Part shown: positions 38,656 through 49,770 of the stretch, piece after piece
Layout: every line of letters begins with the position of its first letter
How positions within the stretch are numbered: the first letter of the stretch is position 1
Source: Mustelus asterias
Lineage: Eukaryota
DNA: 64,000 nucleotides
Reading direction: 5' to 3'
Assembly (NCBI RefSeq): GCF_964213995.1
Contig: NW_027590123.1
Coordinates: 1,674,001-1,738,000, forward strand
The notes under the pieces: model-generated
What the model was told of the DNA's origin: nothing
Database searches by the model: none
The model's input: the letters and a program-made list of their open reading frames with translations, nothing else
Position numbers and translations under genes: made by a program

Positions 38656-38735
38656 GGTTTTTGTATGAGGATTTCGCTGTACTCAGCACTGTGACCCACT
38701 GCTGTATCACAGTGACAGACACTCGCACAAAAACT
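38656..38735 (-). other. D1 segment (ATACAGCAGTGGGT, 38694-38707) with V-facing RSS12 and J-facing RSS22
   Basis: Plus strand: GGTTTTTGT-22-CACTGTG-[14 nt]-CACAGTG-12-ACAAAAACT; matches the known elasmobranch 12-D1-22 arrangement. Confidence 0.95.
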
Positions 38736-39107
38736 GCACTCACTCTCTGTTCAGTACTGCCGCTCAATATGTACTTCAAATAAACCATTATTTCGATGTA
38801 ATTTACAATTTATGCAGCAGTTTACAAAACACAATCTAGAAACACCTCCTCCAAGTATCAGAAATAGTAAAACGAGCGTTATATCCAGGTGTGTAATTGC
38901 TGAAACTGTTAAGAGTAAGTATAAACAGAGTGAAAATCCTCAGTCCATTATGTCTGTGTGTTTTCTTGGTTTAATGTTTAATTTTCACTAAGTTAGGTTT
39001 GTCAGAAGCGTTTTGTGTTTTGGTTCTGGTCACTGTCGTTAATACTACATTTAAAACAAGCACTGACCTTCAGGTTATGATGGAAGTTGCTGAATTCCCT
39101 CTCGAGC

Positions 39108-39146
39108 TGTTCTTGTCCGGGTCCAACCCTGGTTCCTCTCGCTGTG
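39108..39146 (-). other. VH 3' recombination signal sequence (23-bp spacer)
   Basis: CACAGCG-23 nt-ACAAGAACA directly after the last V codon. Confidence 0.93.
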
Positions 39147-39451
39147 GTCTCTTGCACAGTAATAGATGGCGGTGTCTTCGGTCTTCAGCCTCGTCATTTC
39201 CAAAGAGAAGATGTTGCGTGAAGTGTCTTTGGACGCAGTAAATCGATCCTTAATTGCTGGGGCGTAGTTGTTGTTTGATGAAGAGTAGTAGTAAAGCAAC
39301 CACTCCAGCCCCTGTCCTGGAACCTGTCGGACCCAGCTCATGCTATAGCTGCCAAGATCGAAGCCGCTGGTTTTACAGGTCAGTATCAGGGAGCCTCCGG
39401 GACGCCCGGTCTCTGCCTCTGGCTGAGTCAACACAACCTCCGACTGGACAC
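39147..39451 (-). CDS. IGHV: IgM-class VH gene segment, open reading frame, germline (unjoined)
   Basis: Acceptor TTTTTACAG|GT; [102 protein letters not shown], with both canonical Cys, the FR2 Trp and YYC; typical shark IgM VH framework. Confidence 0.97.
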
Positions 39452-39575
39452 CTGTAAAAATAGATCAAAGGATTAATTTTGGTGACATGATTGCTGACTC
39501 TGGAACATTCCAGAGACAGACTAACATTTTGATACAGTGACAATGAGGAATTGGACAATAAAAAATACTACTCAC

Positions 39576-39621
39576 CGGATAAGATACTCAACAACAAACT
39601 GAGAGAAATCGCCGACCTCAT
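39576..39621 (-). CDS. IGHV: IgM VH leader exon (MRSAISLSLLLSILS+G)
   Basis: ATG at 39621; 46-nt hydrophobic exon ending in phase-1 donor G|GTGAGT; splices in frame to the V exon. Confidence 0.95.
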
Positions 39622-39699
39622 CTTTCTGGTGATTTGGGGGAAATGGTTGTGTCAGGAACTCAGTGAACAAACCAGCTCCCGGAGTGTTGGATTCCGGTC

Positions 39700-39790
39700 C
39701 CAGTGAGCGGCATTTAAATACCCGGCAGAAGGGGGCGGCTTTCCAGGCGCCGCCTGTTGATTCCCTGCTGGAGGCGGCGACTGGATCCAG
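39700..39790 (-). promoter_or_regulatory. VH promoter: TATA-like TATTTAAAT (39712-39720) and GC boxes, no octamer
   Basis: Located ~90 nt 5' of the leader ATG; GGGGCGG near 39732-39738; no ATGCAAAT/ATTTGCAT seen within 350 nt, consistent with known octamer-less shark IgH promoters. Confidence 0.6.
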
Positions 39791-40160
39791 GTCCCACCTT
39801 CCACACCCCAACAGAATGGACTCCCAGATTTACAATAGATTAATATTAAAATGGACATTTTATCAGCGTCGGGATATTTGTTTGGCTGAATATGTTCAAT
39901 GTATTGTCTCCATTATTGCTGATGGTGATATTGCAGTTCATCATTTCTTTATTTAAAAAACTAATTCCATTGTAAATATGGTGTTTTTATTACCACGCCC
40001 CCAAGAAGAACACAAATCTAAAAATGATGAAATAACATTTTGGGAAAATAAGGAGACCGTCAGTCTGTGTTGCAACAATTCCGGGTCTCTGTCACATTAC
40101 AAAAATAAAGCATCATTTATCAGAAGAATTGTTGTCGATTTCTGTAACTAAATGCGGAGT

Positions 40161-42340
40161 ATGAACAAAGTGATTGCATTTACAGTGTGGATGGCTGTCA
40201 CTGGACATTTTGGGTTTGGAGATGAGAAGAAACTCTCACACAATACAATGTTTCTCCTTATATTTGTCAAACTGCCCCAATCTCGAAGACAGCCCTTTGA
40301 AAATACTGAGAATCCCGCCCTCCTGATAATTAAAAAGTGAGTTGACAGAGAAACATAAATTTAACATCGACTTTTGACAGAGAAGTTAATGAATGAACGG
40401 ACACGGAGATCATTAAAGTTCTCCTTCAGCATCCAAATCATTGCAGCTCACTCTATTGGCCACCGGCTGTCGAACATTCTCTGGTATTGGGAACACAAGA
40501 TATCAGGTCTTTGCTGCACATTGCACAATATCACAAGAATAAATGTTTTATCTTCCATTGAATCAGGTTATGACCTGATCATTTCTCCGCTCATTGGCAG
40601 CTATGATTGGAACTCTTCAATAATGGAAATCAGATTATACTGTACAATAGAACACGGTGTAAATCAGGTACAAGAGACGCTGCTGTTTAAATAGGGTGCA
40701 AAACTTTCAGAATATTCCAGGAATCCCTGTTGTTCATGTCAGTTTGATGATGTTCTTTTAATATTATTTCGATGCATTTTTGCCATTGCTCTGATCTCAA
40801 TTGACTGGGGAATTGGGACCATCAACATCTCTCTCGCATTTCATGAAGTGGTTAATAAACAGACTTTAATTATTGGAATGACATTTACTTGGAAGTTATA
40901 CAAATGAAAAAACATCTGGTCACTTTACTGTTTTGCGATGCTATTTACTCACATAATGAACAGGACATTGAATGAAAATATTTGATTAGAATGATTACTA
41001 TTTAAAATGTGTCTTTCTTGTGGGAATGAAACATTTACTGTTCAAATGGCTGAATCCCATTTTGTCCATTCAGGTTCACGCTAATCTGTCCCACACAGTA
41101 TTTGGCAGCAATCCAGCCTTCTGTCAAATGCTCAAAGTTATTGACAGGAAGCATCTGGGGGTGTTTGTGCAGTAGATCTGCTTCCTCAGTACTGACCGCT
41201 TGGCTGCAAGCCAACTTCAAACCCTTCACATTGTCAATGAGCCCTATTTATAAAGAAATCTACCCAGCAACAGTACTGGAGGCAATTTAATGTTTTAAGT
41301 TGTAAGTCTATATGGATTTTACCCATCTCTCAAGAAAGACAATTTATGCAGCTTCTCTGGCACCCTGTTAGCAACAATGATGATTTTTCCAGCACATCAG
41401 GATATTGTCATGGATGGATCGAAAGAATTACAGGCAGACTGAGAGATGACTCAGGGAGACGATACATGTTGTAATACATGAACATGTATGTTTGTGTATT
41501 CTTTCCCTATCTCGTTCCATGAGATGTTTGAGTTGGTGGAACGACGAGCACATTATGCCTGTCCCAAATGCCCTTGAACTGAATGGTTTTCTATGCCACT
41601 TCTGAAGAGTCAGCCATTTTGTGTCCGTCTGGAGTCACATTCTTGTGAGTCCAGGTAGCGATGGCAGATTTCCCTCATTGGGGGATCAGAGAGGGTTCTA
41701 TGGTCGCCATTAGAATGTATTCCATATTTATTAATTGAATTCAAATTCCACCAGCTGCAATGCTCCGATTTAAATCCCTGTCCCTGTCCCATCATTGTCC
41801 TGGGCCTCTGGGTCACTGGGCCAATTAAATTAATATTACGTCACCATCTGCGCAAACAATAAATGAATGACTGTCTTGATGCAGGAATGAATGACAGTTG
41901 AATGAATGATAGTTGGATGAATCACAGTTGGATGCCTGAATATTTTGATTGAGGAATCAGTGAATGGATTGATGGATGTGTTGCGAGATGGCATTGAAAA
42001 ATGCTGTTCTTCATTCCCATATTTGTGCTTGATTATTTCATAAATTGAATCAGCTCCTTTATTCCATTTGTGTCAGTCTAATACCTTCAACTCTTCCAGA
42101 GTCTCTGGGTGAAATCCATCCCGAGTTTATCGGGAGTTAGCAAGCTAATCCTCACGAAGAGAAGGACGAGATATTCCTGCCGCTCGGATGGTTCATTTCT
42201 CTGCTGATGCTGAATCTTCATATCCAAGATAAAAAGAGTGAACATGATTAGGTTGAGGAGGGAGGATTGTAATATTTGAAACATGTGGTTCTTTGACGTA
42301 CAGCAAATCACTCAACATGCCCTCACCTAAATTAGTGAAG
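40161..42340 (+). pseudogene. Putative decayed IgSF (C1-set-like) gene, head-to-head with VH
   Basis: Signal-peptide-like exon 40161-40221; 315-nt phase-1/1 exon 40381-40695 with C1-like spacing; further exon-like blocks at ~41074-41301 and 42077-42340; paralogous copies at 50.1-52.9 kb and 55981-56231. By-eye motif inference only. Confidence 0.45.
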
Positions 42341-44089
42341 GTAACAGGGTGAAAAGTAAATAAGGTACCAACAGAAATATTGTGAGACTCACTGGACAAT
42401 AACAATTGTTACATTACTTCCCAAAACAGTGTAATACTGAATCGGGATTTAAAGATTCAGTAACTTCACATGAGGTACAGGTAGTTTCATTTATATCATC
42501 ACTTTGAAAATCATCACACACTCTAGCTATGTATCAGGACATTCTGTGTGATGATGAGGTGATTACTTGTCAATGAAGAACAGAGGCTGCTGGGTCGCTG
42601 TTCATTATGCACGGTCTGAATTAATTTCATTCCCCACTGAATTCTGGGACAGATTATATTCCTTGGTGACAAAAAGGCCAACATGATGCCAATAAATGTT
42701 AATATCAATACATCCTACGAAGCAAATTACAATTGTATGTTGTATAGAATGAAATACTGAAAACAAACAGAAAATGCTGGAAAATCGCAGCAGGTCTGAC
42801 AGCTTCTGTGGAGACAGAATGGAGCCAACGTTTCGTGTCTGGATGGCGCTTCGACAGAATATTCCTGATGCGTTGGAGAGATCATCATTGTTTCTAACAA
42901 GGCGTCAGAGAAGCTGCATCACTTTCCTGTGAGATGGGAATAGTTTAAGTAGTTACTGTTTAATGATATACACTATGTCGACCCGCACACAAGTTACACC
43001 AATTCAGATATCGATCCCAAATATCATATTCAACTTCTCCATCCTAACTAACCTAATCAACGCCTCAATCACTAACTATATTCTAAAAAAAACTTCCTAA
43101 TCCCTATCCAACCGTATCATTTCCCAATTTCATCATCCACTTCAATTTCCTCCAAATAAAAATTGGTCATCCTGACTCAAAATGTTGGCTCTATTCTCTC
43201 TCCCCAGATGCTGTCAGACCTGTTGAGATTTTCCAGAATTTATTGTTTTTGTTTCAGTTTCCAGAATCCGTAGTAGTTTGCTTTTATCAAAATGCTGAAT
43301 ATAATTGGTGAAATAATTGTTTATCTGTATGACTTGATGATAATTGATGAAGTGGAATAACCCCGCCTGGAAATACCGCCCCCCTCCCCTCCCCAAGACA
43401 CTCATCAACCCCACTTGAACATATATTACCATTCCTATACTGTTGCTGGGTCGGAATCCATGAGCACCCTCCCGAACAGCACTATGGGAGTACCTACTCT
43501 GCAGGTTTTGCAGCGGTTCAACAAGGCGGTTCACCACCACTTTACTGAATGCAATTAGCAATGGGGAACAAATGCTGGCCTAGAAAGTGTCGCCCACCTC
43601 CCATAAAGTAAGGTTAAATATACTAATCTTTATGAATGAATGAGAACTGGGTGAATGCATTTTTAAAAATTGTGAATGGATGGTCGTTGGTGAAAATAAT
43701 TACTATTCTTCTGAACATTTATGACATTCTCCTTATCTGCTGGAAGATTTAAGGTTTGACGTTTATTTATTAATGTCACAAGTAGGCTTACATTAACACT
43801 TCAATGAAGTTACTGTGAAAATCCCCGAGTCGCCACGTTGCGGCGTCTGTTCGGGTACACCGAGGGAGAATTTCGCCTGGCCAGTGCACCCTACCTGCAT
43901 GCCTTTTCGGACTGTGGGAGGAGCACCCAGAGGAAATCCACGCATACACGGGAAGAATGTGCAGATACCGCACAGACACCGACCCAAGCCGGGAACCAAA
44001 CCTGTGGCCCTGGCGATGTGAGGCAACAGAGCTAACCACTGTGCCACCCTGGCACCCACCATTCCACAAGAGATGCATGATTCAAATTC

Positions 44090-44490
44090 ATCACACTTTT
44101 TGCAAAGTAAGCCAATGGAAGAGACTGCTCCAGCTACAGACATATCTCAGTCATGGCATCACGGGAAAGATCTTTGCTAGGGTCACACTTGAAATACATC
44201 ATCTACTTGCAGACCGGGTGTTCCTGATGTGCAGTGTAGTGATTGTGTTGGAAGATTTACTCCAGCCAACAACTTCTCCATGTTCCATATGTCCATATCT
44301 TTAACGTACTTTGGTCAATCTCGCTAAGACATTCAACACCGTCAGCACGGCAAGGACTATAGGATTTTGGTGATAACTGGCTCTACACCAAAATATCCAT
44401 TCATGATACAAAAACGATAACAAACTATGACAAATGGTAGCTTAATGGGCAGCACTTGTGGCAGAACTCACCTTTCAAAAATTGTCCTCT
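44090..44490 (+). mobile_element. RTE-clade LINE RT remnant (also ~55100-55470, 57520-57950)
   Basis: ITGKIFARV.L...LADRV motif typical of RTE reverse transcriptases. Confidence 0.7.
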
Positions 44491-46049
44491 TCAATCATCA
44501 GAAAAGGTGACATATGTAAAAGAAGCCAATCTGAATTGGATGTATTGTAAATGGAAGGATGCAAGTGATCATTTTGAAATTAATTTCTGTCAAACATGAT
44601 ATATTTCACAAAACACACGCAAACCAAGATGCCCAATTTTTGTTCCGCCAGGATCACTCGATTCCAGAAATGATTTAAAATGAGTCCAAATATAGACACA
44701 AATTTTAAATTAAAAGGTGAAGAGAGGTTGCGTGCCCTTGACATCGACGCAACATTTGACCGTTTGTCGCATCAAGGAGCCGAGCGAAACTGCAGTTAAT
44801 GGGAATCAGGGGGAAACAGTCCACTGGCTGGAACACAAAGGAAGATGGTTGTGGTTCTTAATGGTCAGTCCTCTCAGTCACACGGCTTTGCAGGAACTCT
44901 TCAGGTTAGTGACAAAGCCCCAAGCTTCAGCCATCATCAAAGTTCATATGTGGGATGTTCACTGATGATTGAACAAAGTTCAGCACCAGTTCCGACTCCT
45001 CAGGTACTGACACAGTCTGTGTCCATATGAAGCAAGACTTAGAAAACATTCAGTCTTGGGCTATTGAGTGACAAGTAACATTAATGCCACACAAGTGGCA
45101 GGCAATGACCCTCTCCAGTAAGGGAGATTCCAACCATCTCCCCTTGACACTAAGTAGCATTACTAGCGCAGAATCCCTCACTATCAACATCCTGGGCATT
45201 ATACTTCGTGAAAATCTGAACTGGAACAGGCATTTAAATCATGTGGCTACAAGAGCAGGTCAGATGCCAGGAGTTCTTCGGCGAACAGCTCACCTCCTGA
45301 ATTTCCAAACCCTATCCATCATCTACCAGGCAAAAGGCAGGAATATGAACAAAGAACAGTACAGCACATGAACAGGCCCTTCTGCCCACCAAGTCTGTTC
45401 CAACATAAATGATTGAATATTCTCTACTTGCCTAACTTGTGCCACTCAAAAAGCTCAATGCCATTCTGGAGAAAGTAGCTGTCTCGAAGAACACCCCACC
45501 CACCAGCTTCCCAAAGCTTGCCAACATATTCTCAAAGGAAATTATGATTTGGCAACAAATGTTGACTGTCAGTGACGTCAGAATCCCATGAAGTAATGTT
45601 AAAAATCTCATATCTCTGCTTATATTCAACTCACCTCTGACTCTGTCCGGGTTACACTAGGTTCTGCCTGGATCACATTCCAGGAGGTCCTATCTACGTT
45701 TTTTTGCTGCACTCGGCTCAATATCAGCTGTTCATGTACAGGCCCTGTTAATATTATAATTTCTAAGTTACGGTTGCACTTAGCCATGTCTCTGCTAATC
45801 TGACAAGAGGCCGTGTCTTAATTCTTACTGCCTCAGAACATTTATCTCTGTGTACTAAACTGGAAATACTGTCTTCATGCATTACCCATGGTTCTGTCAC
45901 AGTTATTTTGCTAGTCGTTCATTAGATTTTAATAATCCAAGTCCTTTTTAAGTTAATGCTGCACCAGTCCATGTATTTGGTTATTTAAGACTATGTCTTG
46001 TCTCAGTTTTATTGTACTTTGCAATACCTCCTAATTGCTGCATTGTCCG

Positions 46050-47940
46050 AATCTCAGTGTGCATCAGTCTAGTTCCTTTATCAACAACTACTACGAATGA
46101 AGTGGGCTCTGTCTAAGTTTATATCAGTCAAGGTACTATATCAGTAATTATCACTAACACACTGGACTTTGTTTCAGTTTAAACCTGTCTCAGTCCTGTA
46201 TCATAAATTATTACTAATGCACTTGGCTCCATCGCAGTTCATATAAATCTCGGTCCAGTATCATTAATTACTCGGCGCTGTCTCAGTTCATGTCGCATCA
46301 GCTCCTATATCAGTAAAACTGCGCTAGACACTGTCTCAGTTTTCTTTTCCTTGGCAATGTCATTTTTTAAAATGTTTCTTTCATGCGATGTGGCTGTCAT
46401 TGGAATTTGGCATTTGACCATCCCCACATGGCACTCGGCACTAACTCATTTCTATTTTGTTGGATCTGGCCCCTGTTTATATTAAAACACAGTCTGGTTC
46501 TGTTAATACTCTGCTAGATCGAAATTCAGTTTATATTGCACGAGACATTCTCTCTGGATACGTAATATTTGATACCGACCCTGTATACATTTCACTCGAC
46601 TGTGTCAGTGTTATTCCTGCACTTAACTATAGCTGTTTGAATTATGTCTGTATTACTACATGGTTCTGCGAGAAGAAGAGATAATATGTTGGGATAAAAA
46701 CATTGTTATCAGGCAGGATCCAGAAACGGGCAGTATTGGATCGACAGCATTTGGTTGGTGCAGTCTTGGAGGGCCGATAGGCCTTTCCCTGTGCGGTGAT
46801 TTTCTTTGTTTTTTTGTTCTTTATTGACAACGCATGCTACACCGGGCTTGGTATCCATTTTCAATGCAGTCAGCAGAAGTACATTTCGGATATCGCTTCT
46901 TCTTTTCCCGTGCCCAAAACCTCATAAAGTTTGCAGAGAATTGTATTCCCCCAACCACTTCCCTCATTACTGGCATTGCCCAGTGCAGTTAAAAACTGAG
47001 ACCATGTCCAATACAATATAAACGTGGACAGGGTCAATTGCAGAAATAAGACTGCATCTAGTTTAATGCAAATAGAGATAGGTCTATATTAATATAAACA
47101 GAGACAACGTCTCGCTTAATATGAACAGAAACATGGTAACGTATAATATAACGTATAACAGCGTCTAATTTAGTATAAACAGATACAACATCCAGTTTCA
47201 TATGAGTAGAGACAGGCAATATAATATTGTACGTGCAATATAAAAATAGTTAGGGTCCAGTGAAAAATCAACAAAGGCATGGCTTCATAATATAAGCTGA
47301 CAGAGGGTAAATTTACTGTAATATAAAGAGACTGGTTCAACCCCATGAAATTTGTAGAGACGGCCGACTATCCCATCAAAAGCTTACAGGACAGGAGTAA
47401 CGTGGTGTTAGCTGAAGAATGCAAAGTTCCCTCTGCATTGCCATATTAAACCCTCCCAAGGCAGGAATAGCATGAGTTACATACAAAGTGAATCTCGCTC
47501 TATACTATCCAAATCAAACATTCCCAGAACAGTATACTGTCTAGAAAGAGAGTGAAACTCCCTCTACAAAGTCTGCTCAAACAAAATGAAGGCAGAAAGA
47601 GCAGTAACTCTCTTCTACGTAAAACCTCTTCTGCACTCTTCCTTCAGAGATTCGGGAGGCAGATTTAAATTAGTGTTAGGTACAGGAAAAGAGCTGTCTA
47701 CACAGTGCCATAAAACACACCCAGGTCAGGTACAGCAGAGATGAGATACGGATTAAATCTTCCTTGACAAAGTCATATCAAACATTCAAAAGGAAGGTAC
47801 AGTGAGTTTAGATGCAGAGTAAATATTCCAAAGACAGGGACAGCAGCGGTTAAATATGGGGACAGATCCTTTGGTACTGCCACATTGAATCCTTATCACC
47901 AGGTACAGCCGAGGTTAGGTACAGAGGAAAATGTATCAAA
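46050..47940. repeat. Degenerate satellite-like arrays (~30 and ~60-70-bp units); paralog at ~59550-61740
   Basis: CTGTCTCAGTTTA units, their reverse-complement-like AATATAAACAGAGAC units, and CCCTCTACA...CAGGTACAGC...GATACAGAG units. Confidence 0.6.
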
Positions 47941-48584
47941 TATACCAAGATCAAAGAATGCTCAAGAGATCTTTTAGAGTCAAGCTCTTTCACAGATTCC
48001 AATTCATTGAATTAAATTCTTTTAGAAGTCTATAACTTTGGCTGAGAGAACACATTGGGTAGACATTGACTTCATGTTGTGGAGTGAAGGTGACGAACCA
48101 TTGTGGGGAGATCAGACACTGAAACAGACAGGAGAAAGACAGAGAGATGAAACAGGAAATTTCAATGAATACATTTGCCGTGTCATTATATTTCGGGATC
48201 AGAGGGATGTTTTCCTAATTCTGGACATAGATATCATCATGACGTTTTTCCTCATGTAATTTAAAATCATAGCTTTCAATAATATTGAAAAACAATCGTT
48301 ACTGGAATCCGTTGATTGATTTGCATGTTTGTCTCTATTTCTGTGCTGTGTTGGTGGGGAAATATTTGTTGTGTTTTTGTCAGTCAACAATCTAATCTGG
48401 GATTTCTATTTCTGTATTTATTTACATAAACACCTCACTGTTTACAATGAAATGTTCATGGCAGCAAAACCATAAACCGTCACTTATTGATCTGTTTCAA
48501 ATCAAAATAGCGTTTATTTTAAGAATATTAACAGTTGATTCAAAATTAATAGAAACTTTTTGAACATTCATTACACAAGATACA

Positions 48585-49265
48585 AAGTGGCAAAGATTAG
48601 TGGGAAAATAGAGCATTTGGAAATCTTTAAAGGTCAACAGAAAGCCACGAAGAAAGCTATAAGGAAAAGTAAGATGGATGATGAAAGTAAACTAGCTTAG
48701 AATATAAAAACAGATATCAAATGTTTCTACAAATATATAAAGCAAAAAGAAAGAGTGGCTAAAGTAAACATTGGTCCTTTAGAGGATAACAAGGGGGATG
48801 TAATAACTGGAAATGAAGAAATTCAGAGATTTTGAACATATAGTCATTGGAATTCAGAAGAGTGTCGGGAGAATTTTATAGAAGCATATAAGATTAGGAA
48901 GGGAATTAATAAGATAGAAGTGGGGAAGTTGTTTCCACTGGCAGGTGAAACCAGAACTAGGGGGCATAGCCTCAAAATAAGGAGGAGAAGATTTAGCACT
49001 CAGTTGAGGAGGAAATTATTCACACAAAGGATTGTGAATCTGTGGAATTCCCTGCCCAGTGAAGCAGTGGAGGCTACCTCATTGAATGTTTTTAAGGCAA
49101 GGAAAAATACATTTCTGAACAGTAAAGTAATTAAGGGTTATGGTGTGCAGGCTGATAAGTGGAGCCGAGTCCACAAAAAGGTAGGCCATGATCTTATTCA
49201 ATGGTGGAGCAGGATCGAGGTGCCAGTTGGCCTACTTCAGCTCCTAGTTCTTACATTCCTAAGAT
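48585..49265 (+). mobile_element. CR1-type LINE fragment at the duplication/pseudo-V junction
   Basis: LFPLAGETRTRGHSLKI...FTQRIVNLWNSLP motif and tail. Confidence 0.85.
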
Positions 49266-49269
49266 ACAA

Positions 49270-49418
49270 CAAACACTGTCCAGGGACCTGTCTGACCCAG
49301 ACACCCAGTTGCTGCCATGGGTAAAGCCACGCAATGGCTTTCCAGGTCAGTCTCAGGGAGCCTCAGGGACGCCCGCTTTCTGCCTCTGGCTGAGCCAACA
49401 CAATGTCTGATTAGACAC
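49270..49418 (-). pseudogene. Truncated VH pseudogene (FR1-FR2), same orientation as the functional VH
   Basis: V*SDIVLAQPEAESGRP*GSLRLTWKA...WVRQVPGQ: two stops, Cys->Trp, degenerate CDR1; 3' half replaced by a CR1 fragment; leader-intron homolog at ~49771-49840; leader and promoter deleted. Confidence 0.9.
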
Positions 49419-49444
49419 TTTTACAAATATGAAAGAAAAACATG

Positions 49445-49755
49445 TAAAAACAACGCCACGCACCCCGGACATACTCTCTCGCCTTTTTCCATCGCGATGA
49501 TGCAAAAGCTTGAGGACATTTATAAACCGAGTCAAAACAGTTTCTTTCCTGCTGCATTCAGACTTTTGAATGGACCAACCTCGCATTAAGTTGATCTTTT
49601 TCTACACCCTAGCTATGACTGTAACATTACATTCTATACTCTCTCCCTTTCTTCCCTATGTACAGTATGCTCTGTCTATATAGTGAACACGAAACAATAA
49701 CTTTCACTGTGTAGTAATATGTGTGATAATAATAAATCAAATGAAATCAAATAAA
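49445..49755 (+). mobile_element. LINE 3' end (L2/Rex-Babar-like) inside the pseudo-V intron
   Basis: NSFFPAAFRLLN motif, AATAAATCAAAT tail. Confidence 0.65.
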
Positions 49756-49770
49756 ATTTATCAAAAATAC

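Larger units (their letters stand above)
41707..48578 (+). repeat. Segmental duplication copy A (paralog of 55614-62378)
   Basis: Colinear high similarity from CCATTAGAATGTATTCCATATTTATTAATTGAATTC through to GAATATTAACAGTTG.TTCAAAAT, including shared SINE/PLE/RTE insertions. Confidence 0.9.

Noticed and set aside
39008-39037. RSS-like GCGTTTTGT...CACTGTC between V and D1 (possible extra D)
   Set aside because: Spacer is 14 nt and the heptamer reads GACAGTG in the needed orientation; no partner RSS.
39155-39161. Embedded heptamer TACTGTG at the VH 3' end (VH replacement site)
   Set aside because: Dictated by the YYC codons, and no RSS-bearing upstream V exists in the window.
19606-39621. IgW or IgNAR identity for the cluster
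   Set aside because: Four C exons, a mu-type tailpiece ([10 protein letters not shown]...SCQ), two D segments and a conventional VH with full FR2/CDR2 indicate IgM.
40381-42340. VEGFR/PDGFR D5-D7 identity for the antisense Ig-like relic (WYW motif, RRED)
   Set aside because: A leader-like exon directly precedes the first domain and the spacing fits C1-set better; no TM or kinase remnant seen. Identity left open.
46050-47940. CRISPR-like repeat-spacer appearance
   Set aside because: Eukaryotic degenerate satellite; units vary and there are no unique spacers or cas genes.
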